A stretch of 32,000 bases of DNA, from sequence record JPID01000002.1; one strand, given 5' to 3'. This document shows, piece after piece, positions 10,615 through 18,575 of this stretch. Made by a program: the position numbers and the translations under genes. The first letter of the stretch is position 1. Each line of letters begins with the position of its first letter. The notes under the pieces are model-generated. The model worked only from the letters and a program-made list of their open reading frames with translations, had not been told where the DNA came from and did not search any database.

Positions 10615-11562
10615 ATGCAAGGTAATTTTGTATATACAGTATATCAGATATATAAACAAAATTTCTTTTTTAAAAAAAGCGTATTAGCTATTTCAATGGG
10701 CACTGATTCGTTATTATTAGTAATAATATTTAATGTATTAGACAAAATAATAAATACGAAAATACAACTAGTTTCATGTAATCATTTTAATCAACGTATA
10801 AATTTCTATACGATAAAAGAAATCTATAAAATGAGTTATTTATTGAAAAATGAACTAACTATTACTTGTCCAATCCAAACTTATAAAACAGAAACGCAAA
10901 ATCGAGTTTGGCGACATCAACTTTTTCGACGAGTCTTGATTTTATCAAAACAAAATAATCTTTATTTAGCACATAGTCAAACTGATAAAGTTGAAACTAC
11001 TTTTTTTAATTTATTACGCGGAACAACATTAAATACATTAATTAGTTTAGATAATTTAAATTCTTATAATTGGATTGAATTTTTTTATTCTTCTAATGTA
11101 ATTAAAAATACGCTATATATAAATAAAACAAAAAATAATTATTTTAGGCCAATACTACCATATTCAAGAAAAAAACTTCAACAGTTGAATCTCGAATTAG
11201 AATTACCAAATTGTATTGATTCAACAAATTTTACAAAAAAATATAAACGAAACCAAATTCGCCTTATTTTAACTCCTATAATTCGATATTATATTAATAA
11301 TAATATTGAAACTCAAATTGATAAATTTTCGATTTTATCAAAATATGATTTATATTATTTAGAGTCGATGACAAATAAATTAATCTTATTTATTTGGTCC
11401 AAAAATCATACGAATATAAATTTCATTAAAAATGAATTTGTTAAATTACCAAAATCATTACAGTTTCGTTTATTAAAAAAATTGATTCAAATTTATTCAG
11501 GAAACAATATTAATTCACGATTCATTAGTAAATTAGTCAATCAAATAACAAATTTGAATTAG
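10615..11562 (+). CDS. tilS: tRNA(Ile)-lysidine synthase, highly diverged and AT-biased
   Basis: The 315-aa ORF aligns by eye with four TilS motifs. VLAISMGTDSLLL matches the PP-loop SGGxDS, WRHQLF matches ARYQAF, LYLAHSQTDKVETTFFNLLRGT matches TAHHxDDQxETxLxNLxRGSG, and YFRPILPYSRKKL matches RPLLxxxRxEL. The start codon is uncertain; M28 inside the PP-loop is not a plausible alternative. Confidence 0.8.
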   Translation: MQGNFVYTVYQIYKQNFFFKKSVLAISMGTDSLLLVIIFNVLDKIINTKIQLVSCNHFNQRINFYTIKEIYKMSYLLKNELTITCPIQTYKTETQNRVWRHQLFRRVLILSKQNNLYLAHSQTDKVETTFFNLLRGTTLNTLISLDNLNSYNWIEFFYSSNVIKNTLYINKTKNNYFRPILPYSRKKLQQLNLELELPNCIDSTNFTKKYKRNQIRLILTPIIRYYINNNIETQIDKFSILSKYDLYYLESMTNKLILFIWSKNHTNINFIKNEFVKLPKSLQFRLLKKLIQIYSGNNINSRFISKLVNQITNLN

Positions 11563-11564
11563 AT

Positions 11565-11636
11565 TGGGTCACCCGGGACTCGAACCCGGAACTAGTCGGT
11601 TAAAAGCCGAATACTCTACCATTGAGTTAGCAACCC
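11565..11636 (-). tRNA. trnK: tRNA-Lys (anticodon UUU), intron-less
   Basis: The reverse complement is GGGTTGCTAACTCAATGGTAGAGTATTCGGCTTTTAACCGACTAGTTCCGGGTTCGAGTCCCGGGTGACCCA. The anticodon loop is CTTTTAA. There is no intron or matK. Confidence 0.95.
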
Positions 11637-11653
11637 ATTTACTTGATATAAAT

Positions 11654-11682
11654 ATTGTATATAAAATATTTATATTTAGCAA
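11654..11682 (-). promoter_or_regulatory. Candidate promoter for trnK
   Basis: On the minus strand TTGCTA (11677-11682) - 17 nt - TACAAT (11654-11659). The -10 box ends 17 nt before the trnK 5' end (11636). Confidence 0.35.
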
Positions 11683-11706
11683 ATAGAAATCTAAAAAAAT
11701 TTTATC

Positions 11707-11739
11707 GTTTCAATGGAAGTACTTAAATTCCATTGAAAC
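11707..11739 (-). terminator. Perfect 12-bp stem-loop just downstream of psbZ
   Basis: GTTTCAATGGAA (11707-11718) / TTCCATTGAAAC (11728-11739), 9-nt loop. It lies 6 nt after the psbZ stop codon on the minus strand. Confidence 0.5.
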
Positions 11740-11745
11740 ATACTA

Positions 11746-11934
11746 TTAAACAACGAATGAGTTTAAAATTCCTACTGCGAAGACAAGAAGGAACCAAATA
11801 CCAATTCCTGAAAAAACTGCACCTTTATTATCACTCCACCCTTCTGGAGTTGCAAAAACAACTGGTACACCAATGACTAAAAGGAATGATACAGCAATTA
11901 ACGCAAATAAAGCTAATTGAAAGATAACAAGCAT
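11746..11934 (-). CDS. psbZ: Photosystem II protein Z (Ycf9)
   Basis: 62-aa [65 protein letters not shown], a close match to the conserved PsbZ pattern. Confidence 0.95.
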   Translation of the reverse strand: MLVIFQLALFALIAVSFLLVIGVPVVFATPEGWSDNKGAVFSGIGIWFLLVFAVGILNSFVV

Positions 11935-12046
11935 AGCTTTGATTTCCTTATTATTGTGAATTTTTTACTACTTTATTACTCTTAGTATACCTGATACTAA
12001 TGATAATTTCTTTACCTTTTCAAATACTTTTAAAAAAATATAACAA

Positions 12047-12075
12047 TTGACACTAATTCAAATATAACATATATT
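12047..12075 (+). promoter_or_regulatory. Near-consensus sigma70-type promoter for trnG(-trnH)
   Basis: TTGACA (12047-12052) - 17 nt - TATATT (12070-12075). The -10 box ends 9 nt before the trnG 5' end (12085). Confidence 0.55.
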
Positions 12076-12084
12076 AATTTATAT

Positions 12085-12155
12085 GCGGATATTGCATAAT
12101 GGTAGTGCCCTTGCCTTCCAAGCAAGAGGTGCGGGTTCGATTCCCGCTATCCGCT
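12085..12155 (+). tRNA. trnG: tRNA-Gly (anticodon UCC)
   Basis: GCGGATATTGCATAATGGTAGTGCCCTTGCCTTCCAAGCAAGAGGTGCGGGTTCGATTCCCGCTATCCGCT; acceptor GCGGATA/TATCCGC, anticodon loop CTTCCAA. It is followed directly by genomic CCA (12156-12158). Confidence 0.95.
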
Positions 12156-12176
12156 CCAACTTACTTTAAAATTTCT

Positions 12177-12249
12177 GGCGGGTGTAGCCAAGTGGTAAGG
12201 CAGTGGATTGTGACTCCACCATTCGCGGGTTCAAACCCCGTCATTCGCC
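12177..12249 (+). tRNA. trnH: tRNA-His (anticodon GUG) with genome-encoded G-1
   Basis: G-GCGGGTGTAGCCAAGTGGTAAGGCAGTGGATTGTGACTCCACCATTCGCGGGTTCAAACCCCGTCATTCGCC. The anticodon loop is TTGTGAC, and the extra 5' G pairs with C73, as in bacterial/plastid tRNA-His. Confidence 0.95.
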
Positions 12250-12281
12250 AATATAATATTTTTATAAACAACTTAAAAAAC

Positions 12282-12310
12282 TTGAAGGCTCTGAAATAAG
12301 TAGTTATACT
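12282..12310 (+). promoter_or_regulatory. Candidate promoter for the psbE-F-L-J operon
   Basis: TTGAAG (12282-12287) - 17 nt - TATACT (12305-12310), about 65 nt upstream of the psbE ATG. Confidence 0.4.
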
Positions 12311-12375
12311 AAAATAAGAAACAAAATAAAAGTTTTAACTTTTTAACCTTACATACTATATAAGGAGTGTTACGC

Positions 12376-12627
12376 ATGTCTGGTGCTACAGGAGAACGCC
12401 CTTTTTCTGATATTTTAACCAGTATTCGTTACTGGGTTATTCACAGCATTACAATTCCATCATTATTTATTGCCGGTTGGTTGTTTGTGAGTACTGGTCT
12501 GGCTTACGATGTTTTTGGAAGCCCAAGACCAAATGAATATTTTACTGAAGATCGACAATCAGCTCCGCTTATTACCGATCGTTTCAATGCATTGGAACAA
12601 GTAAAAACTTTATCTGACGTAAATTAA
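12376..12627 (+). CDS. psbE: Cytochrome b559 alpha subunit
   Basis: [61 protein letters not shown]... (83 aa). The track ORF begins at an upstream GTG (12367), but the conserved N-terminus starts at the ATG at 12376, which has AAGGAG (12362-12367) 8 nt upstream. Confidence 0.98.
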   Translation: MSGATGERPFSDILTSIRYWVIHSITIPSLFIAGWLFVSTGLAYDVFGSPRPNEYFTEDRQSAPLITDRFNALEQVKTLSDVN

Positions 12628-12640
12628 GCGAGATTCATAC

Positions 12641-12766
12641 ATGACTGCAAGAAAATCGTATACTTATCCAATTTTTACTGTTCGTTGGTTATCTGTACAT
12701 GCATTAGCTGTACCTACTGTGTTTTTTTTAGGTGCAATTACTGCAATGCAATTTATTCAACGTTAA
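12641..12766 (+). CDS. psbF: Cytochrome b559 beta subunit
   Basis: Manual translation gives [41 protein letters not shown] (41 aa). Confidence 0.97.
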   Translation: MTARKSYTYPIFTVRWLSVHALAVPTVFFLGAITAMQFIQR

Positions 12767-12784
12767 GAACAAAGTGAGAGTAAT

Positions 12785-12901
12785 ATGGCGAAACCAAATC
12801 CCAATAAACAATCTGTAGAATTAAATCGTACCAGTTTATACTGGGGTCTTTTATTAATTTTTGTATTAGCGGTTTTATTCTCTAGTTATATTTTTAATTA
12901 A
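12785..12901 (+). CDS. psbL: Photosystem II protein L
   Basis: Manual translation gives [38 protein letters not shown] (38 aa). Confidence 0.97.
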
Positions 12902-12991
12902 AAATTAGCTTTTAATATTAATTTCGCTACTAGTACTTTTTAATAAAATTTATTAAAAAGTACAATTATGGTATATCAAGGAGATATAGAT

Positions 12992-13120
12992 ATGTCTAAT
13001 ACTGGCACAACTGGTCGTATTCCATTATGGCTTGTTGGTGTTGTTGTTGGAACAGCAGCAATTACATTACTAGGTGTTTTCTTCTATGGTTCTTACGTAG
13101 GTTTAGGTTCTTCATTATAA
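12992..13120 (+). CDS. psbJ: Photosystem II protein J
   Basis: Manual translation gives [42 protein letters not shown] (42 aa). AAGGAG (12978-12983) lies 8 nt upstream. An in-frame ATG at 12968 would add 8 non-conserved residues. Confidence 0.95.
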   Translation: MSNTGTTGRIPLWLVGVVVGTAAITLLGVFFYGSYVGLGSSL

Positions 13121-13176
13121 AGCCCTATATTAAAACTACAATATAACCATATATAAATACTTTTCGTGTTTTTTTA

Positions 13177-13205
13177 TTATGCTCGTACTATTAGTACGAG
13201 CATAA
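13177..13205. terminator. Perfect inverted repeat shared by the convergent psbJ and ftsH 3' ends
   Basis: TTATGCTCGTACTA (13177-13190) / TAGTACGAGCATAA (13192-13205). This is effectively a 12-bp stem with a 5-nt loop. It abuts the ftsH stop codon (13206-13208) and lies 56 nt after the psbJ stop. Confidence 0.55.
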
Positions 13206-16200
13206 TTAATTATATAATTTACGACTTTTTTGACGACGAGAATTTTTTCCCCAATTTGAATTAATTTTTGTTAGCGATTGGAAATTTTTTTTTTTTCGAG
13301 TTTTCAAAGTAGGAATAATGTTTTCGATTTCGGGTTTTCGAATAATTTCATCTTTTAATAGTTTAAAAACTAAAAAATCTAAAATTTCACGATTACAATC
13401 TAATAATTGTAATGCAACATTATAACTTTGTAGCATTAATGAATTTAATAGATATGTTTTAGAATTTTGAAGTTCAGAATTCCAATTTTGATTATCAGCA
13501 TTAGTCCTTAAATACAGATTATTTTGATAATATTTATCAGGCGGAATCCACTCTAAATTACGTTCAATTTGCTGTGGATCTGGTAAATAAATTCGGTACC
13601 AATCAGTAAATAAACGTGTTGAAAATTCAAATTCTGACGAAATCTGAGCTTGCCAAATTGCAGTTGAAAAAAAAGTTTGTGCTTGGTGTTGAATTAGTGT
13701 ATCTATTTCACCACTCGTAGCAATAGTCGGAAATTCATCTATTTCATTTTTTAACTTCATTTCATTCTTCTCTGCTAATTGCGCAAAACCTATTAATTCA
13801 TCTTCATGGCCAAAGTATTCTTTTTGATTAAAATTCGATAAAAGTTCACTTTCGTTTTGAATACTAATTGTTTTAGTATATAAGTGCCAATTCTTAACCA
13901 TTAAATGACTTAAATTTTGTGCAAAATTGATATCTTCCACTCCTAAATCTGATAAATTCATTTGTGAGGCACAATTTTCCAGAAATAAAATTTCTGCTGC
14001 TTTTCCGCCATAACAAGCAATTAAACGTTCTTCTAATTCAGAACGATGGGCTAATTTTAAAAAATACGTTTGTAAATTTTTATTAATTTGTGTAGCACGA
14101 ATATTTGAACGTCGAGGCCATAAATGAGTAATTAAAACATCTGGATACTCTGGTAATAATAAACTAATTAATAGTTTACCAACTTGGTAATAAGCCAATT
14201 GAACAATTTCTAAATTTGTTTTCTTTAAAGAAACAGGTTGTTCAAATCCAATTGTTGTTGTTCGCTCAATTCCAAATTCAATTGTTTCAATTGTATGATT
14301 TGTTGAGTTTAAAATAGCTGATAACGTTGATTGGTTCATAATACTAGCAATATCAGCAGAACTAAACCCAACTGTACGATCAATTAAATAATTCCAATTT
14401 ATTTGAGTGTCATACCCTAAATTTCGACTATATAATTTAAAAATTTCTTCACGTTTCTCTGCATTTGGTAAACCAATTTCTAAAATACGATCAAATCGAC
14501 CTGGTCGTAATACAGCAGGGTCTAATATGTCAGGTCGATTTGTTGCACCAATCACAACAACCCCACTTCGACTTTGAATACCATCTAATTCAATTAAAAA
14601 TTGCATTAAAATTCGAAGTTTTTCTTTATAGGTTTCATGTTGGCTGGACTCTGATCCTGAATTTTCTGTTTTAATTTGATTTGTTATTAATGCTTCTAAA
14701 ATTTCATCCGCACCCATTGGATTTTGTAATACTTGTTCACGCTTCTCTGCTAATGTATCAATTTCATCAATAAATACAATGCAAGGCGCTAATTGACGTG
14801 CTTCTTGAAAAACTAATTCTAATTTTAATGCTCCAGATTCACCAGGTTCTAATAAAGAACTACCTGATAAAGCAATGACTGGTACTTCAGCTTCACCAGC
14901 AATTGCTTGTACTAATAAAGTTTTACCAGTTCCTGGTGGTCCAGTTAGTAAAATACCACGTGGAATAATTTGACTTAATGAAAAATTACGACCAGAATTT
15001 CGAAGAAACCAAATAATTTCAATGATTTCAGGTATTAAATGTTTAATACCTCCAATATTATTAAAGTTTTTATTAGTTTTTTTAATAATACGAAACCCTT
15101 TTTCTTTCTGGCCCATTAAGATTTCAATTTCTTGTTTTAGTTCTTCATCTACAAATCCAAGTAATGCAACTAAATCTAATAAATAAACTAATAGTTCACG
15201 ACCATAATTATCCGCTAATGCTTTTAGTGTTTTAAAGACTAAAAATGCAAATCCAATTTGTGCTGTTACTAACCAAGATTTAAATGTTAAAGGTTCCCAT
15301 AATGTTTTAAATAAAGTTGTACTATTGTTTATATTTAATATTGATGGAATATACTGATATATTCCATTTGTTAAAAATTCTCGTGTAAAATCATCATTTA
15401 ATGAAGCTGTATTTTGTTGTATATAATGCGTTTTTATTTTTGCATTTATAAAATTCGGTTTCATTGTAGCAGTATTTATTAAATACGATTGATTTCTATT
15501 TTGAGTTGAAATATTAGATTGTAAAATAGGTAATGATAAACCTTCTGCTGATGAATCCAATAATGAATTTATTTTTGTTATTGAAAAATAAGGAAATTGT
15601 ACAATATTTTTGTTAGGAGTACCAACAATATTTGGTTGAATGAAATTTCCAGTTTTAAAAACCGGTAAATTATTCAACCAATATAAATTTAAATCTAATG
15701 TATTCTGAATAGGAAATTCAGATGAATTGTTAGATGAATCAAATAAACCAAAAAAATTATTTAAGGGTTGTGTAGAAACAAAAATTGAATTTAAAAAATT
15801 TTTTAGCCAAATCCTAAATTTTATTTGTTGTTGACTGTTTTCAAATTTCCAATCAAACCCAGTTTGAGAATCAACTAAACTCGTTGGGCCTGAATATAAT
15901 AATTGAAATGGGGAATTATCATCAATTTCAACAAGTGATGTTTGAATTAAAAATTTTGGTGAGATTGGTAACACTTGTTTAATTTTTTCATTAGTTAAAT
16001 AACTAAATGGTAATTTAATTTCAAATGTATCATTTGTGACATTATTAATTGCTGTTGTTGAAAATTGAACTAATTTATCTGGGTATAAATATCCCGACAT
16101 TAAACGAGTGGGTAGTACTTTCAACGAATCAGATCTAATTTGCTTAGTAATTACTTCAGTATAAAATTTGGGTATTTGAGTTTGTAAAAATTTTTTCCTA

Positions 16201-16880
16201 TCAAATTTATTTTGAATAGGTGAAGTAGATTTAAATTTATAAACCCCCTTGATAGTATTTAAATTGATAATTTTATTAGTACTATGTACTATATTTAAAT
16301 CTGTATTTAAAATTGATAATTGTTTATTACAATGAATTTGAATTGGTTGAATTGAATTTAATTCATTTTTTATAGTATTGCTTTGTAATTTAAAAGGTAA
16401 TAAATCAAGAATTAAGTTGTTTTTAATTGTACGATTATAAGTTAGGGAATAACTTTCATTATTTTTTCTATCAAAAATACGACTCTTATAGTTATAAGAA
16501 GAATTTAAAAAGCGTCGATTTTTTTTATCTGATTGAATTAATAGGCTTTGATTATTCCAATAGATACTCGAATTAGGTATATTTATATGATTTAATACTA
16601 TCAATGTATCCCAATTTATTTGTTCTGGAGTAAGTTTTAACCCTGGTAAATTTTTATGAAAAAAATATTTTCGTTGAATTGAAACGTATTGAGTATTAAT
16701 ATATTGATTAAAGCCAAATAAAAAAGGTATTAAACTGACTAAAATAGCTAAACTTGGTTGGCGTGATGTTAATTGGGTACGGGTATTTAGTCTATGATTA
16801 ATAATTTGAATTTTTAAAGGATTAACAAAATCAATCCAAAATTTGATAAATTTTGTTTCGTTAAATTTGTCTCTATGCAT
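13206..16880 (-). CDS. ftsH: Giant FtsH-like AAA+ protein (chlorophyte plastid 'ftsH', Ycf2/FtsHi-like); zinc-protease motif absent
   Basis: The 1224-aa ORF has Walker A GPPGTGKT (14919-14942), Walker B IVFIDEID (14757-14780) and second region of homology ATNRPDILDPAVLRPGRFDR. The M41-like C-terminal region reads AYYQVGKL where FtsH has AYHEAGHA. The N-terminal ~600 aa are Asn/Lys/Ser-rich and have no recognisable similarity. Confidence 0.85.
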   Translation of the reverse strand: MHRDKFNETKFIKFWIDFVNPLKIQIINHRLNTRTQLTSRQPSLAILVSLIPFLFGFNQYINTQYVSIQRKYFFHKNLPGLKLTPEQINWDTLIVLNHINIPNSSIYWNNQSLLIQSDKKNRRFLNSSYNYKSRIFDRKNNESYSLTYNRTIKNNLILDLLPFKLQSNTIKNELNSIQPIQIHCNKQLSILNTDLNIVHSTNKIINLNTIKGVYKFKSTSPIQNKFDRKKFLQTQIPKFYTEVITKQIRSDSLKVLPTRLMSGYLYPDKLVQFSTTAINNVTNDTFEIKLPFSYLTNEKIKQVLPISPKFLIQTSLVEIDDNSPFQLLYSGPTSLVDSQTGFDWKFENSQQQIKFRIWLKNFLNSIFVSTQPLNNFFGLFDSSNNSSEFPIQNTLDLNLYWLNNLPVFKTGNFIQPNIVGTPNKNIVQFPYFSITKINSLLDSSAEGLSLPILQSNISTQNRNQSYLINTATMKPNFINAKIKTHYIQQNTASLNDDFTREFLTNGIYQYIPSILNINNSTTLFKTLWEPLTFKSWLVTAQIGFAFLVFKTLKALADNYGRELLVYLLDLVALLGFVDEELKQEIEILMGQKEKGFRIIKKTNKNFNNIGGIKHLIPEIIEIIWFLRNSGRNFSLSQIIPRGILLTGPPGTGKTLLVQAIAGEAEVPVIALSGSSLLEPGESGALKLELVFQEARQLAPCIVFIDEIDTLAEKREQVLQNPMGADEILEALITNQIKTENSGSESSQHETYKEKLRILMQFLIELDGIQSRSGVVVIGATNRPDILDPAVLRPGRFDRILEIGLPNAEKREEIFKLYSRNLGYDTQINWNYLIDRTVGFSSADIASIMNQSTLSAILNSTNHTIETIEFGIERTTTIGFEQPVSLKKTNLEIVQLAYYQVGKLLISLLLPEYPDVLITHLWPRRSNIRATQINKNLQTYFLKLAHRSELEERLIACYGGKAAEILFLENCASQMNLSDLGVEDINFAQNLSHLMVKNWHLYTKTISIQNESELLSNFNQKEYFGHEDELIGFAQLAEKNEMKLKNEIDEFPTIATSGEIDTLIQHQAQTFFSTAIWQAQISSEFEFSTRLFTDWYRIYLPDPQQIERNLEWIPPDKYYQNNLYLRTNADNQNWNSELQNSKTYLLNSLMLQSYNVALQLLDCNREILDFLVFKLLKDEIIRKPEIENIIPTLKTRKKKNFQSLTKINSNWGKNSRRQKSRKLYN

Positions 16881-17027
16881 AGAATTTTAAGTAATTAATT
16901 TCTGTTGACGACTATATAAAATAGTTATATTAAATTTATTTTATTTATATATACATTATACATGATAATTGAATAGTTTTAAATACAAAATGACTAGCTA
17001 GTTGATTAAAACTAACTAATCAAAAAT

Positions 17028-18179
17028 TTATTTGTTAAATGATGAACGTAATTTAAATTGATTTTGATTTAACCAATTAATTTGTGTTGTTTTCTTAGTC
17101 GCTAATTCTAGCGTATGCTCAAGTGATGTTGTTTTTGTCAAATCTATGTTTGAAATATTGAATACATTTAATAATGATTCAAACTCTTGAATAAATGTAT
17201 TATATGCATCGCTATTAGGTTTTGAAATTAAACGTCTAAAGCGTTCTTCTTGCACTTTTGTTAATGAGCTACGTTGACCATATAAAATTTTTCCATGAGT
17301 TTTAAGTGGTGCTTCTTTATACAATGTAATTGTTTCTGATAAAGCTTGTTTTAAAAATGAACGTGGAATAATTAAATCTAACAAACCATGATGTAACAAA
17401 TATTCAGACGTTTGGAAGTCATCTGGTAATTGTTCTTGTAATGTTTGTTCAATAACACGACGACCAGCAAATCCAATTAACGCTTTTGGTTCAGCAAAAA
17501 TTAAATCCCCTAACATAGCAAAACTAGCTGTTACGCCACCTGTTGTAGGCGAAGTTAATACAGCAATATAAAGTAATTTCGCACAATTTTGATGTACATG
17601 TAAAGCGGCTGAAATTTTTGCCATTTGCATTAAACTAAAAATTCCTTCTTGCATACGAGCTCCACCAGATGCACAAACTAAAATTAAAGGCAAACCTTGA
17701 TGTGTTGCATATTCAATTAAGCGAGTAATTTTTTCGCCAACAACGGACCCCATACTACCCCCCATAAAATTAAAATCCATAACACCTAATGCAACTGGTA
17801 TTCCATCTAATAGACCAGTTCCTGTTTGAATACTATCTTGTAATCCAGTGCGTTCTTGAGCTTCTTTTAATCGTTCAGTATATGCTTTTTGATCTTTGAA
17901 TTCTAATGGGTCTCCTGGTGATAAAGTTTCATTAATAGGATGCCAAGTATTAGTATCAATCAAATGTTCAATACGTTCTGAACTTGTCATTTGTAAATGA
18001 AAACCACAACCAAAACAAACTCGTTGATTTTCTTTTAAATGTTTAATGTATAAAATAACACCACAATGATCACAACGAGTCCATAACCCTTGAGTTGTAT
18101 TTGAATCAGTTTTTTTATACTTCGGTGCATTTAATAATTTTAATTTTCTTTGTTCTTCAATCCATGATAATATCGACAT
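17028..18179 (-). CDS. accD: Acetyl-CoA carboxylase carboxyltransferase beta subunit
   Basis: The 383-aa ORF has the Zn-ribbon [26 protein letters not shown] and the CT domain ([19 protein letters not shown]..., [21 protein letters not shown]). GGAGA lies 6 nt upstream of the ATG. Confidence 0.95.
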   Translation of the reverse strand: MSILSWIEEQRKLKLLNAPKYKKTDSNTTQGLWTRCDHCGVILYIKHLKENQRVCFGCGFHLQMTSSERIEHLIDTNTWHPINETLSPGDPLEFKDQKAYTERLKEAQERTGLQDSIQTGTGLLDGIPVALGVMDFNFMGGSMGSVVGEKITRLIEYATHQGLPLILVCASGGARMQEGIFSLMQMAKISAALHVHQNCAKLLYIAVLTSPTTGGVTASFAMLGDLIFAEPKALIGFAGRRVIEQTLQEQLPDDFQTSEYLLHHGLLDLIIPRSFLKQALSETITLYKEAPLKTHGKILYGQRSSLTKVQEERFRRLISKPNSDAYNTFIQEFESLLNVFNISNIDLTKTTSLEHTLELATKKTTQINWLNQNQFKLRSSFNK

Positions 18180-18265
18180 ATTATATCTCCGATTAATATA
18201 TTTTTTTATTAGAAGCGAATCGGATTTTTTTTTGAACCCGATTCATAGAATAGAGTAAATTACTT

Positions 18266-18376
18266 TTAATTGATTGAATCTTGTTCAATATAAATAAATA
18301 ATGATGCCATTGCAACTGCTGGAAAAACAAGTCCTGTTAAAGGAACTAAAATACTTGGTAATAATTGTGCACTCAT
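18266..18376 (-). CDS. psaI: Photosystem I subunit VIII (PsaI)
   Basis: Manual translation of the minus strand gives [36 protein letters not shown] (36 aa). This matches the conserved PsaI core LPSI.VPLVGLVFPA.AMASLF.Y. Confidence 0.9.
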   Translation of the reverse strand: MSAQLLPSILVPLTGLVFPAVAMASLFIYIEQDSIN

Positions 18377-18390
18377 AAAAAAAAAAAAAA
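18377..18390 (-). repeat. Homopolymer: A14 on the plus strand = U14 immediately 5' of the psaI AUG
   Basis: Counted directly: 18377-18390 are all A, and the psaI start codon complement (CAT) is 18374-18376. Confidence 0.95.
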
Positions 18391-18401
18391 GATATATAGA
18401 T

Positions 18402-18436
18402 ATATAATTCTATATATATTATATATAGAATTATAT
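18402..18436 (-). other. Perfect 16-bp AT-only hairpin between trnV and psaI
   Basis: ATATAATTCTATATAT (18402-18417) / ATATATAGAATTATAT (18421-18436), loop ATT. It lies 26 nt downstream of the trnV 3' end and 25 nt upstream of the psaI AUG on the minus strand. Confidence 0.4.
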
Positions 18437-18462
18437 GAAATAAAAAGTGTTTTCGTGTTTTT

Positions 18463-18535
18463 TAGGCCCTACCGGATTCGAACCGATGACCCGCTGCTTG
18501 TAAGGCAGCTGCTCTACCAACTGAGCTAAAGGCCT
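18463..18535 (-). tRNA. trnV: tRNA-Val (anticodon UAC), intron-less
   Basis: The reverse complement is AGGCCTTTAGCTCAGTTGGTAGAGCAGCTGCCTTACAAGCAGCGGGTCATCGGTTCGAATCCGGTAGGGCCTA. The anticodon stem is GCTGC/GCAGC and the loop is CTTACAA. Confidence 0.95.
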
Positions 18536-18546
18536 TTGTAAATATA

Positions 18547-18575
18547 AGTATAATATAGATCTTTATACTTTGCAA
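18547..18575 (-). promoter_or_regulatory. Candidate promoter for trnV
   Basis: On the minus strand TTGCAA (18570-18575) - 17 nt - TATACT (18547-18552). The -10 box ends 11 nt before the trnV 5' end (18535). Confidence 0.4.

Noticed and set aside
12099-12299. 66-aa plus-strand ORF from the track
   Set aside because: It is entirely made of the trnG(UCC) and trnH(GUG) genes and their spacer. It is an artefact of reading through structured, GC-richer tRNA sequence.
12367-12375. GTG-initiated extension of psbE (MLR-)
   Set aside because: The conserved cytochrome b559 alpha N-terminus begins at the ATG at 12376. The GTG overlaps the AAGGAG ribosome-binding box.
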